Below, piece after piece: positions 30,240-39,798 of a stretch of 64,000 nucleotides of DNA. The notes beneath the pieces were generated by a model that was not told where the DNA came from, did not search any database, and saw nothing but the letters and a program-made list of their open reading frames with translations. The translations under genes and the position numbers were made by a program. The DNA comes from a virus, in the IMG/VR virus record IMGVR_UViG_3300042553_000326, positions 11,243 to 75,242 of that record; one strand, 5' to 3'. The first letter of the stretch is position 1. Each line of letters opens with the position of its first letter.

Positions 30240-31826
30240 TTATTCCTTATCTTTGAACGGCTGTTCGTCATTATCAAAGTTTGCTCTATTAGCCTCAGCA
30301 TCATGTTTCTTTTTCAGAGACACGATGAATTCATCTGCATTAATCTCATCTTGTGCTGTCTCATCATCATAATCAGGTGGCACAATATCATTCTGCTTAA
30401 GAATAGCAAGCCAAGTAGAACGCGGAATAAGACCTTCCTTGTACCATTCAGTAACGAGGCGTAACCATGCGTCACCAAGCGGTGCAGGATTGAAGTCAGC
30501 TGATAGATTGAACTCTACATCTGAAGACTTGAAGTCAGTATTGTAACGCCAATTAAGCATGAATGCTATAATGTCAGCTAGTGTATTGCTAACCTTAGTA
30601 TTCATCGTGCCTAATTGAGCTGTCTGTGAGGCATTCCTAATATCAAGTGCAATACCAGACTGACCCACCTCAGGCGTAAGCATTCTAACACCTAACCTAG
30701 CCATCTCATCGATAGCACTAGCGATAGTAGCTTCCATATCCTTAAGAGCTTCTGTAGGTGTCTTCAGGACGTCCGCAGTATCGCCTCTATTGAGTTTAAT
30801 CCAAGTACCTAACCCGGAATCAACGATCTTGTCAAAATCCTCGTCAGACATGTCTGTGGAAATCACAGGTGTATATGTAGCTGCCCCATAGATCAGATGA
30901 TTACGTCTACTCATCTTGTTATAAAGATTAATCTCTTTATCAACGAGCGGAGTAATAGACGGTTCGATAGGGTCAATACAACCATTAAGAGGCCATGCAG
31001 GGATAAAATCCAATGGCTTATTGTTCATTAAGATACCTGTGATGGTATCTTTAAGCTTCATTGAGATATTCTTACCGTTAGAGGCGGATACAGATCCACC
31101 TGTAGCCTTAGCCTGTGTATCAACCTCAGCCTGAAACACCCTTATCTGATACTTACCGTCTAGAAGCTCATGCACCCATACTGTTTCAATGTATTCTGGG
31201 TGAAATTCATTCTTAATGAAGCTTTCTGAATGACCCTTCACAATGACACGAGTTAGCTGTGACCTACCATTTACAACTTCAGTCTTCCAGTTGATAATAC
31301 TCTCAGCTGGCCAAATGATAGGAAATGGAGCAAAGCGCTCTATAAGTTCAGCGTTAGTCATACCATGATTCTTTGGCACAACAGGGTAATCTACATAGAT
31401 CCATGTACGTGACGTTTGTACTTCTTCCCACAGAGCGCCATCTAAGAATGCTGCTAAAGGTTGACCATCCGAAGTAAATGCATCTAGTATCCATTGCTGT
31501 GCCTCTTCAGGAGCCTTCTCAGGAAGCTTTAGATGAGGCTGTTTACGAAGCAATCCACCTACAATGAACTTAGCAAATGTACTCACAATACCAGGCAATT
31601 CAGCCTCGGACTTGTAGAATTCATATTGCTGTGGTGTCATGTTAGGGGAGAAAGGGATAAGCAGATTAGTGTAGTTGACAGTGTCAATCAGAGAGTCATA
31701 ATCTTTAACATAGCGCTCACCGCTACAGACAGCTCTACTACGTTTCCATAATTCAGCAATGCTATCATATAAGCTACATGGCTCACCTACACCACGTAGC
31801 GGTTCAGAAGCGCTAACGTTAGCCAT
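30240..31826 (-). CDS. Portal protein (DUF4055-like)
   Basis: 528 aa between terminase and the minor head gene; IINW motif; synteny. Confidence 0.8.
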   Translation of the reverse strand: MANVSASEPLRGVGEPCSLYDSIAELWKRSRAVCSGERYVKDYDSLIDTVNYTNLLIPFSPNMTPQQYEFYKSEAELPGIVSTFAKFIVGGLLRKQPHLKLPEKAPEEAQQWILDAFTSDGQPLAAFLDGALWEEVQTSRTWIYVDYPVVPKNHGMTNAELIERFAPFPIIWPAESIINWKTEVVNGRSQLTRVIVKGHSESFIKNEFHPEYIETVWVHELLDGKYQIRVFQAEVDTQAKATGGSVSASNGKNISMKLKDTITGILMNNKPLDFIPAWPLNGCIDPIEPSITPLVDKEINLYNKMSRRNHLIYGAATYTPVISTDMSDEDFDKIVDSGLGTWIKLNRGDTADVLKTPTEALKDMEATIASAIDEMARLGVRMLTPEVGQSGIALDIRNASQTAQLGTMNTKVSNTLADIIAFMLNWRYNTDFKSSDVEFNLSADFNPAPLGDAWLRLVTEWYKEGLIPRSTWLAILKQNDIVPPDYDDETAQDEINADEFIVSLKKKHDAEANRANFDNDEQPFKDKE

Positions 31827-32152
31827 TATTTACCTCGCAAAATCGCTTTAAATCCAGGCATTTCGCCTTCGTAGACTCGTCCTGTCATATTGTTGTAAGC
31901 CCTGATAGTCTCAGCGCCAGTAGCCACAATAGACCAGTTACCAGATACCATCTCAGCGGCCTTACTACGCTCAGAGACAGCTGCACCAGTATCTTTAGAA
32001 GGTTTTGGCGGTTCTACAACAGGAGGCGCGACGGGTTGTACTTCAATGGTAATCACAGGTGCAGGATCAACAGCAGGTGTATCATGCTTATCGATATGCA
32101 CTTCGACAGTCTCAGTTACTTTTACATCATCATTAATCTTTAATGCTTTCAT
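31826..32152 (-). CDS. Hypothetical protein
   Basis: Translationally coupled to the portal gene; Pro-rich linker. Confidence 0.55.
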   Translation of the reverse strand: MKALKINDDVKVTETVEVHIDKHDTPAVDPAPVITIEVQPVAPPVVEPPKPSKDTGAAVSERSKAAEMVSGNWSIVATGAETIRAYNNMTGRVYEGEMPGFKAILRGK

Positions 32153-32164
32153 TTTTAATCCTAA

Positions 32165-33499
32165 TTAGAATCCAAAGCCACGTTTCGCTGTAGTACCACC
32201 AGAACGAACAGGAAACTTATATTCAAAGAAGTATCGAATACCATCAGAGTAGTGTTCAATACCAGCTGATTTATCTATTGTTGCAGTATCTGGATTGTTA
32301 TCAACCCAAACAGTCTTCTCTAACGACTCTATGACGCCTTGACATTGTGGATTAACATAAGCATTAACCTCACCAGCTGCGGTCTTGAAGTGCTTATTCA
32401 CAGAAGCCACACTGTCCACTATCTTAGGCGCAGCATCTCTTGCCAACACAGTAAAGCCCATGCTTCTTAGAATGCTAAAATCAGTAACACCAACAGGAGC
32501 AGAAGTCTTTCTACTATTGCCGGATGGATCTGGGTAACAAATAACACGATGTCCTTTATCCTTGTATTTAGCTTTAATTGCGATCCCTAATGTTTCTGTA
32601 TCAGGATGCCCCTTGAATTCGTGATGACAATCAGCACGCTTACCTCTAACTGTCCACACAGATGAGCATTGTAATCCGACGTTAAAGTCAATTGCAACAT
32701 GAACATCTTCACCATCATGTATAGGCTCGATATTCTTGTTAACATGTATCTTGCGATCAAAGCAATAGAACACATTCTTACCAGAGCCTTCGAACTTAGC
32801 AAGGTATTCTCTATTAAAGAATACAGGATCAACACGATGGCGTATCTTGTCTATTTCTTCTGGATCTAACAGCGGTGATTGTGTGTAATCGAAATGATAA
32901 GACTTGAATGTAGGATCTACCTCTTCAAAGTGATACATATCGTATAGATAGTTGTACCCTTTAGGCGTAGATATTGTCAATGATCTACCTGCAGAAGGTG
33001 CTCTATAGAGTTTAGCTCTCTTAGGCGACCAACGTGTCGAGATACAGGGTTCTATAATACTTTCCCATGCATCTTTATGGCCAGCACCTTTAGTCCACGA
33101 GGATACCTCATCATTAACAGCATAATATACACCTGTACCACGCTGTCTCTCTACAGCCTCGTAGGAGAACAACTTAATTTCTACATCATTAGGCAACTTT
33201 ATTCTACCAAGGTCTCTGCTGGAACTTTGAGCATAACGTTCTAATCCAAGTTGATACATTAGCAAAGGATAATAAACGTCAGTCACCTGTGAATAGGTAG
33301 GTGCATTTATTACAACATTCTTATTAGGGACGCTAGGACGTAATGTCATAAGCTCCCATGCTGCAGTAGATGCAGAGACAGCTGCCATGTGTGACTTGCC
33401 CCATCCTCGTGAGGCTACAACAACAGCGTGTCTCACACTCTTCTCTACAAATAGATCTCTATAAACCTTACTCTGGGTGGGGTGCAGACGGATTGACAT
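32165..33499 (-). CDS. terL: Terminase large subunit
   Basis: Walker A ASRGWGKS, Walker B AVNDE, STPKG, REYLAKF, nuclease IDFN and HYSDGIRY. Confidence 0.93.
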   Translation of the reverse strand: MSIRLHPTQSKVYRDLFVEKSVRHAVVVASRGWGKSHMAAVSASTAAWELMTLRPSVPNKNVVINAPTYSQVTDVYYPLLMYQLGLERYAQSSSRDLGRIKLPNDVEIKLFSYEAVERQRGTGVYYAVNDEVSSWTKGAGHKDAWESIIEPCISTRWSPKRAKLYRAPSAGRSLTISTPKGYNYLYDMYHFEEVDPTFKSYHFDYTQSPLLDPEEIDKIRHRVDPVFFNREYLAKFEGSGKNVFYCFDRKIHVNKNIEPIHDGEDVHVAIDFNVGLQCSSVWTVRGKRADCHHEFKGHPDTETLGIAIKAKYKDKGHRVICYPDPSGNSRKTSAPVGVTDFSILRSMGFTVLARDAAPKIVDSVASVNKHFKTAAGEVNAYVNPQCQGVIESLEKTVWVDNNPDTATIDKSAGIEHYSDGIRYFFEYKFPVRSGGTTAKRGFGF

Positions 33500-33992
33500 C
33501 TTCTTCTTCCCTCAGTAAGGCTTCTACTTCTTCGTAATCTGTTTCGCTAGGATCAATGACAAACACATCACCTTCTTGTGTTAACTCAATAGTCAATGGC
33601 GGTGGCACATCATCCTTCTTAGCTTCATCCACAGGAATCTTAGCATAACGGTAAGGTATTAAGTCGTTAAGTAATTTCTCTTGTGCAGTGGCGAAGCCCA
33701 TGTGGGCCATCGCTGAATATCCATTCTTCACCTGCTTACCCGTCTCCAGCTCTGCAACATCTTTCATAGCCTGGAGCTCTTCTTGTCTTGTAAGCTGTGC
33801 ATCAATACGATGATACAGCTGTACCATCTTTTGTATAGGATCGAAGTCTAACTTTGCTAATGCACGGATAGATTCTCTGGAGTACTTCTTCTTGAAGCCT
33901 GGAAGAGGACCACCTCTACGTAAATTAGGTGAGACATTCGGATCAGTTACCCTGGGCATTTCATCATCTCTTGAGGCTTTATCGTTAGCCAT
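33468..33992 (-). CDS. Putative terminase small subunit
   Basis: Overlaps the start of terL; FDPI and LIPYRYAK motifs. Confidence 0.6.
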   Translation of the reverse strand: MANDKASRDDEMPRVTDPNVSPNLRRGGPLPGFKKKYSRESIRALAKLDFDPIQKMVQLYHRIDAQLTRQEELQAMKDVAELETGKQVKNGYSAMAHMGFATAQEKLLNDLIPYRYAKIPVDEAKKDDVPPPLTIELTQEGDVFVIDPSETDYEEVEALLREEEDVNPSAPHPE

Positions 33993-34427
33993 ATTGTATC
34001 CCGTAAATAAACTTCGAAAACTAATGCGGTATCAAGTACTTACACCGAAACCGATAAGAAAATCGCTCGCGCTTTCTATATAGCGCCTTCATTAAGATAA
34101 CACTTTAAGCATTCGTATTTGCTAATGCTGTGTTCAATGTAGTACTCTGCAATTTAAACCTACCTATTTACCTTCTCATTGATTTCTCATTTTCAATATA
34201 GGGTTACTATACAAGGTACTTATACATAACTCCCCTTGAGTTATCTAATGCTGTAGGTTAAAGCATTAGTTATTCTATATTGTTAAATACATAGGTTATT
34301 AATACATATTATTATTAATAAAGAAGTATAATAAAGAAGGGGCTTACATTGGTAGACGAATGCATTAAGCTACATCTGTATTATACCTACATATACCTTC
34401 TTCTTAATAGATACATACATACATACA

Positions 34428-34483
34428 GACGTCTGTAGCGATTAATACAGGGGGAGCGGTAATGGGTTAATTTAACAGTTTCG
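34428..34483 (-). promoter_or_regulatory. Candidate phage promoter, copy 2
   Basis: Near-identical to 5618-5674; upstream of the packaging/head operon. Confidence 0.6.
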
Positions 34484-34557
34484 CGATAGAAAATAATTGT
34501 GTAAATCTTGAACTTTGGAAAATTAAACCTTTAAGTAATCTTGTGGCATTTCGAATC

Positions 34558-34631
34558 AAAAAAAAAAAAAAAAAAAAAAAAGTTGGAGAGACCCTTACCC
34601 AGTACCCGAAGGCACCAGATAAGGATCTCTC
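34558..34631 (-). terminator. Intrinsic terminator with a long T tract
   Basis: agagatccttatctggtgcc-ttcg-ggtactgggtaagggtctct hairpin, then T24 a few bases downstream. Confidence 0.85.
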
Positions 34632-36318
34632 ACAGGTGTATTACCTTGTCGATTGAATCTATCAGAGTGTACAACCTCTGAGTTTCCTCTGTGAAGATAC
34701 CAAGTCGTTCTTTTCCTTCTTCACCTAGTCTTGTGTAATCCAGGACGAGTCTCTCGTAGCGCAGAAGATCGAACTTGACACTTGACCTACATGATTCTAC
34801 CAGGTTTCGTAACTTTGTATTCTCTACGATAAGCTCAGAATTGCGAATACATTGCCTGCCAAATTCACCTGCCAGTTGCTTGTTCTCGGCTTCGAGGGCG
34901 GCGAGTTGCTCCTTCAGTTCATTTCTCAGCCTCTTATACTCGGAGTGATCGAATGTAGAGGCTTCCTTCAGCCGATTCACCTGCATACGAAGTGACTTAA
35001 TCTCGTACTTCCAGGAGCCATCTGCTAAGGCTTCAAACTCTTGTTCAGTCATATTGTGGTCCTCCATTATTTCTCCTTCTTCACCCACAGGCTGTCGAAG
35101 CAGATTCGCATCATCCATCGAACAAACCAATTAGGCTCTCCACCCTTACGCGGTGTATACATCAGACCTGGACCACCTGGCCTGTTGCCAAATAGGTAGC
35201 AAGACCATTCAGACGACTCTTGGATATATAGCTTAAACTTCTGTGAATCTTTGACGGCGAAGTTAGAAGAGTCTATAGTTTTGGTACTGCCGCTCGTCTC
35301 GAAGCTTTCATCACTCACGTACTGACCTCCGAGAGTTTACCATTAGCGGCGATACCTTTAACAATAAGACATTTGTAATCATTGTCGATTCTCCCAAATA
35401 GCTTCTTAATGATTCTATGGTAGAGACTGCCGTTTACTACGATACAAACATGGTCCTCTTTGAACTCCACACATTGCTCAAGTGTGAGCTTACCCTCCAT
35501 TACCATAGCGTTAACAGTAGCCTCCATCGCCATAGAAGCAAGCTTATCAATCTCCTCACCTTCAATCGATATGTGTCGCATTATGTGTTCCTCATAAGTA
35601 GAAACCATTTAATGATAGCATCAACAACTTCCTTCTGCTCATCTTCGAGTGGAACCTTTACACCACGAACGTAAAAGCCATCAGGCGCTATCTTAAGCAT
35701 CTCTGTGTTGTTAGGTGGCGATTTAAATACGATTACACCTTCCTGTGTCCTACTAGGCCCAATACTCATTTTATTCTCCATCTCGTAATATTAAAGCCTG
35801 AAGTTTACAATCCACATTCTCGAAATACAACTCGTTACTGTCCTTATCATACCATGCTATAACCTCAGCCATGAATCGATCAAGCTTAATATTCCAACAA
35901 ATTAAATCATTAAGCTTTTTCTTTGCAGTTTCGTAAGTATCCTCATCGCAGGTGACTCCGAGATGTGCAGACACAAGAGCTTCATCTACAGTACGCTCCC
36001 ATACATTACACTTGAGTATAGTCTCTTGCCACAGTCTCCAGGCTAATTGTGTAGCAGGATTTGTGTAGGTGTCAGCTCCATTTACATTGTGACCGCGTTC
36101 GAAATTCCAGGCACCATTATTGCAAGCCCACGATATAAACTTTTCATGCTCAACTTTAGTATTGGTCGCCATGTTAGAAATTCATCTCAATAAAGTCAAG
36201 AAGGTCGCTCATATTCTCAAATACCTTGCTCTGCGGGCGGTCATCAGCAATATACCACCTTAGGTTAAACTTTCCAGTTGCTGTCGGTAATACAGTAAGA
36301 CTAGTCCAATCAAACATT
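34630..36318 (-). CDS. Cluster of small hypothetical genes (34630-35052, 35067-35318, 35315-35608, 35581-35781, 35771-36172, about 36175-36318)
   Basis: Tightly packed minus-strand ORFs with no recognisable family. Confidence 0.55.
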
Positions 36319-36378
36319 TACTCTCTCCTTTGTGAAATTTTATAGGTACTCTCTGTTGCCAAAGAGTACACTAAAACA

Positions 36379-37362
36379 TCACTTAAGTCGAATGCCCTCG
36401 ATATAGGATAAATCAAGTGCCTTCTGCGTCTTCACATTCTCTTTACCATACAGTGTTTGCATAGCAGATGAGATAGCATGCTGTAGTGACGACGGTGTCA
36501 TCTCATAATCGGCTACAATGTGCTGCCTTGTTTCACCTACATTCATATCCTTGACAAGACTACTCCAGAATTCCTTACTACGACGCTGAGGTGTCTTCTC
36601 TTCTTGCGGGCGTGATAGGTTAATGTTAATAGCTTTAAGTTCAGCTAGAATCTCATTCAGCAGCATATGAGTGACTTCAACTGACTCCACTATCTTAGGT
36701 TTCTCAGCTTCAATGCTCGGCTTCGGCGGTTCAACTTTAATAGACTTCATAGTGATAGTTCCCTTCTTTGGATTAGGAATTACAGGTTGTTTGACTTTGA
36801 TAGGCCGGGGCACATAATAGATAATGTTAGGTGCCTTACCCTTCTGTTCGATCTCAGAGTTGTTCACTAGGTACCGGAGATAGTCGTCGAAGTGTGAATT
36901 ATCATTAAACCTAAGCTTTGCGTTAATTGCGGCTTCTAACAGCTTTCTCCTGGTCATCCCATGTGCAGACTTGCTAAGTAATGCTTTCAGTTCACCCATA
37001 GAGTTCTTAAGTTTAGTGGCCTCATCGCTGTCGTCATTCTCTATATCTAGCTGATAGAATTGCTTACAAGCATAGCAATAACCTGTATAATCAGCGTAGA
37101 GTTCGAGTGAGTTTGGATTACCACATTTACATGGCCGATTCCGAGATATGACCTTTCCTTTTTTAAGTTCACGTTCCATGACTCTTCGGATATCTCGCTT
37201 AAGCATATCTATGTAATGGATATCACTAGATGTTTTAGAAACAGTAATAAGATCACCTCGTGGCGATGACAGTTTGAGATGCTTAGTACCATTCTCGAGA
37301 GTCCAACCACATTTTAACAATGGTGCAATTACTGCATCAGCTTCTTTATCCTGTGTCAACAT
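36379..37362 (-). CDS. Multidomain protein: HicA-like domain, Zn ribbon and putative DNA-binding domains
   Basis: GW.LENGTKHLKL..P.G..ITVSKTSSD; CKCG...LELYAD..GYCYAC. Confidence 0.55.
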   Translation of the reverse strand: MLTQDKEADAVIAPLLKCGWTLENGTKHLKLSSPRGDLITVSKTSSDIHYIDMLKRDIRRVMERELKKGKVISRNRPCKCGNPNSLELYADYTGYCYACKQFYQLDIENDDSDEATKLKNSMGELKALLSKSAHGMTRRKLLEAAINAKLRFNDNSHFDDYLRYLVNNSEIEQKGKAPNIIYYVPRPIKVKQPVIPNPKKGTITMKSIKVEPPKPSIEAEKPKIVESVEVTHMLLNEILAELKAININLSRPQEEKTPQRRSKEFWSSLVKDMNVGETRQHIVADYEMTPSSLQHAISSAMQTLYGKENVKTQKALDLSYIEGIRLK

Positions 37363-37381
37363 CTGTAGTCCCCTCTTGCTC

Positions 37382-37434
37382 AAAAAAAAAAAAAAAAAAA
37401 ATTATTTAACAAATAACGCCCCGGAGGGCGCTAT
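37382..37434 (-). terminator. Intrinsic terminator with a T20 tract
   Basis: atagcgccc-tccg-gggcgttat hairpin followed by ttgttaaataa and T20. Confidence 0.75.
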
Positions 37435-37710
37435 GAAACAGACAACCCAAATTACACTCAAGGGTGCACAGCCACATGTTCTGATCTCAATCTGCGTTTC
37501 ACTTAGTTAGCGCATCATGCGTCTCACATTACAGGCCTCTCGAATGTAATCCAGGTTGCCGACTCTAGTATTTCCTGTAGCCCAGGACCATACTGAAATC
37601 AACAGCTTGCACTATCATACCTGCTGTCAGAGGTAAGTAGTACCGTACAGTTCTGACGCTTTGACATGCGTCCCCTCCTCCATGCAAGACTGTAGGCTCG
37701 CTGGCAGTAA
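37435..37710 (-). ncRNA. Candidate structured ncRNA
   Basis: No long ORF; several nested stems; ends at a terminator. Confidence 0.4.
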
Positions 37711-37711
37711 A

Positions 37712-38050
37712 TCATTCCCTTACAGCATTATTTGAATCAGTGTGTCCTTCAGGAAGAGATACACCCCAGATCTGCTCTGCATCAAGAAACACAGACTGTG
37801 GGTGATCGTCAATCCAGACGTTAGGCTGAATGCCTATATTCTTCATGTACTGTTTCTTAGCTGTACGTGAGGAATAAAACACATTCTCTTCACCGATGTA
37901 GCTTTCTAAGGTCTTGTCAATGCCTTCAGATTTATACCGCATTGTTACGACCACAACCCTATGTCCACGAGATTCTGCAGATGTTATAAATACCATCCAC
38001 ATACCAGGATCCTCTGTGTACGTCCCGTCATAATCCAAAGCTATGATCAA
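37712..38050 (-). CDS. HAD-superfamily phosphatase
   Basis: IALDYDGT, VVVTMR, K, WIDD motifs. Confidence 0.8.
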   Translation of the reverse strand: MIIALDYDGTYTEDPGMWMVFITSAESRGHRVVVVTMRYKSEGIDKTLESYIGEENVFYSSRTAKKQYMKNIGIQPNVWIDDHPQSVFLDAEQIWGVSLPEGHTDSNNAVRE

Positions 38051-38236
38051 GATTTTCCTCCGTTAATACTGACAAGAATAAGCCTTGCATCCTTAAATTC
38101 TTTCTTAAGGTGCTCGTAGAAGAGTGTCATACAAGAGACCTCTTCATTTACCACGTACTGCTGATCTCTCAGATTATTACCACGTTTCTGATAAATGTAG
38201 ATCTTGTTGATTGACACTTGCTTCTCCTTTTAAATG

Positions 38237-38313
38237 TGGTCTCTCGAGATGGAATCGAACCATCGACCAACCGCTTAGAAGGCGGTTACTCTTATCCGCT
38301 GAGCTATCGAGAG
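38237..38313 (-). tRNA. tRNA-Arg(TCT)
   Basis: Cloverleaf; anticodon loop CTTCTAA, GGTTCGATTCC, encoded CCA. Confidence 0.93.
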
Positions 38314-38771
38314 TATACTGTATATTTATCGATAAGATTGTTGTCTACTGCAGACTGCATTTCTTCTGACAACCCGTCTAACTGGGCCTTTCTAGAAAAT
38401 TTACCACTACAACTCCTAGAACAGAATACACCGTATTTCTTAACGGCTGTTTGAAATGCCTGTCTGTAGCTACGTTCGAATACGCATTTGCACTGTGGGC
38501 ACTCTAATAAACAAGTCAAGACACCCTGCTCATAACCATGCATTCTCATATGCTCGATGCGATCCATAACCTGAAGATTATCTACACTATTATCCCGCTT
38601 GTCATGATTTTTATGATGCACAATCTCTTCGGACGTAAGTAATCTGCCTAATTTATTTTCCATAATGATTCTGTGGTGAAACACATAGCCTAACACAGTA
38701 GCATTTGGGTGGTCCGGCACTTTAGCGTAAATATAGTCGCCTTTTGAGACAATACCTTGTATTATCCACAT
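38304..38771 (-). CDS. HNH endonuclease with C-terminal Zn finger
   Basis: YVFHHRIIME..LGR.L...EIVHHKNHDKRDN..DNL; CPQC...FCSRSC. Confidence 0.85.
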   Translation of the reverse strand: MWIIQGIVSKGDYIYAKVPDHPNATVLGYVFHHRIIMENKLGRLLTSEEIVHHKNHDKRDNSVDNLQVMDRIEHMRMHGYEQGVLTCLLECPQCKCVFERSYRQAFQTAVKKYGVFCSRSCSGKFSRKAQLDGLSEEMQSAVDNNLIDKYTVYSR

Positions 38772-38803
38772 AACGATCTCTTTCTGTAAATGGTTAGCGT
38801 AAG

Positions 38804-38962
38804 TTAATATTCCTGATAATCTTCAGGGTAAGGCTGTGGTGGACCGCTGTAGAATGGATTCTTGTACCACACATCTCTGTCGGACAGTATCCAGGCTAGA
38901 TCAGGACGATCCCTACCAACATTTAATGCGTATTCCCTGTCCGCTTGCTCTTCAAAGGACAT
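38804..38962 (-). CDS. Small hypothetical protein (52 aa, not in the track)
   Basis: MSFEEQADREYALNVGRDRPDLAWILSDRDVWYKNPFYSGPPQPYPEDYQEY fills the gap exactly. Confidence 0.55.
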   Translation of the reverse strand: MSFEEQADREYALNVGRDRPDLAWILSDRDVWYKNPFYSGPPQPYPEDYQEY

Positions 38963-38969
38963 ATTTAAT

Positions 38970-39533
38970 CTACTTATAGTAGATAAAGACGCCGTTTCTG
39001 GATTTTTGAGAGGTACCTACAACACCTGCCCCGAATACGTCCTTACAGGCGTTCTTAACCGCAGTGCCGAAGGCTCTAAGTGGAGTATCTGGTGGGGTGA
39101 AGAAGAACATTGACTCACCTGGCGCTAATTTAGCCACCTTGATATTCAACTTCTCCTTTAAGAAATTATACTGTTCAGCTTTAGGAGTGGGTGCTTTCCT
39201 ATTCTTAGGGGACGCTCTTTTACTAATTAATTTCAGCGGCTCCTCAACTATTTTTATCTTGCGCTCAATATCTACCGCGAGCTCCTTCTTCTTAAACTGT
39301 CTGTCCATGTACCTTATCTGACTCTCAGTCCTTGCATCCATTTATTGACCTTGCTCCGTCTCGATCATAGCATCGTGAATGTACTTATGTTGCGCATTCA
39401 ATGCTGAACGAATAGAGTCGTTCTCGTTCTCACTAATGAAGATTTCGCCTTTTCGATCGATCATTGCAATTTCCCAACCAAGCTTACGAATTACTGCAGC
39501 TGCTTCTGTTGCGGTTTCAAATTCTTTATCCAT
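38970..39533 (-). CDS. Two hypothetical genes (38970-39341 basic, possibly DNA-binding; 39342-39533)
   Basis: Packed ORFs with plausible RBS. Confidence 0.55.
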
Positions 39534-39563
39534 TTTTATTTCTCCGTTTGTAATATGTGGGGG

Positions 39564-39635
39564 TTCCCTATGTCTGGATCAAACAGACGACCTATCGCTT
39601 ACAAGGCGATTGCTCTGTCACTGAGCTAATAGGGA
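39564..39635 (-). tRNA. tRNA-Thr(TGT), atypical T-loop, no encoded CCA
   Basis: TCCCTAT/ATAGGGA acceptor, ATCGC-CTTGTAA-GCGAT anticodon arm, T-loop TTTGATC. Confidence 0.8.
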
Positions 39636-39717
39636 ATAGATCGGTTAACCTTAAAGCCGATACCATGCACCGAAAGGTCTGGCATCCGCGATACGTAGGT
39701 GTATCACTCCTAAACGG

Positions 39718-39791
39718 TGGCCCCTGTTGGACTCGAACCAACAACCAAAGGATTATGAGTCCTCTGCTCTCACCAATTGAGCTAAAGGGCC
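39718..39791 (-). tRNA. tRNA with CAT anticodon, most likely Ile2 (lysidine); ends CCG rather than CCA
   Basis: GGCCCTT acceptor and CTCATAA loop, resembling E. coli ileX rather than tRNA-Met. Confidence 0.85.
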
Positions 39792-39798
39792 GTACTAC

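Noticed and set aside
38836-38860. Minus-strand GCGGTCCACCA resembling a tRNA/tmRNA 3' end
   Set aside because: No T-arm or cloverleaf; it lies inside a plausible 52-aa ORF (codons SGPP).
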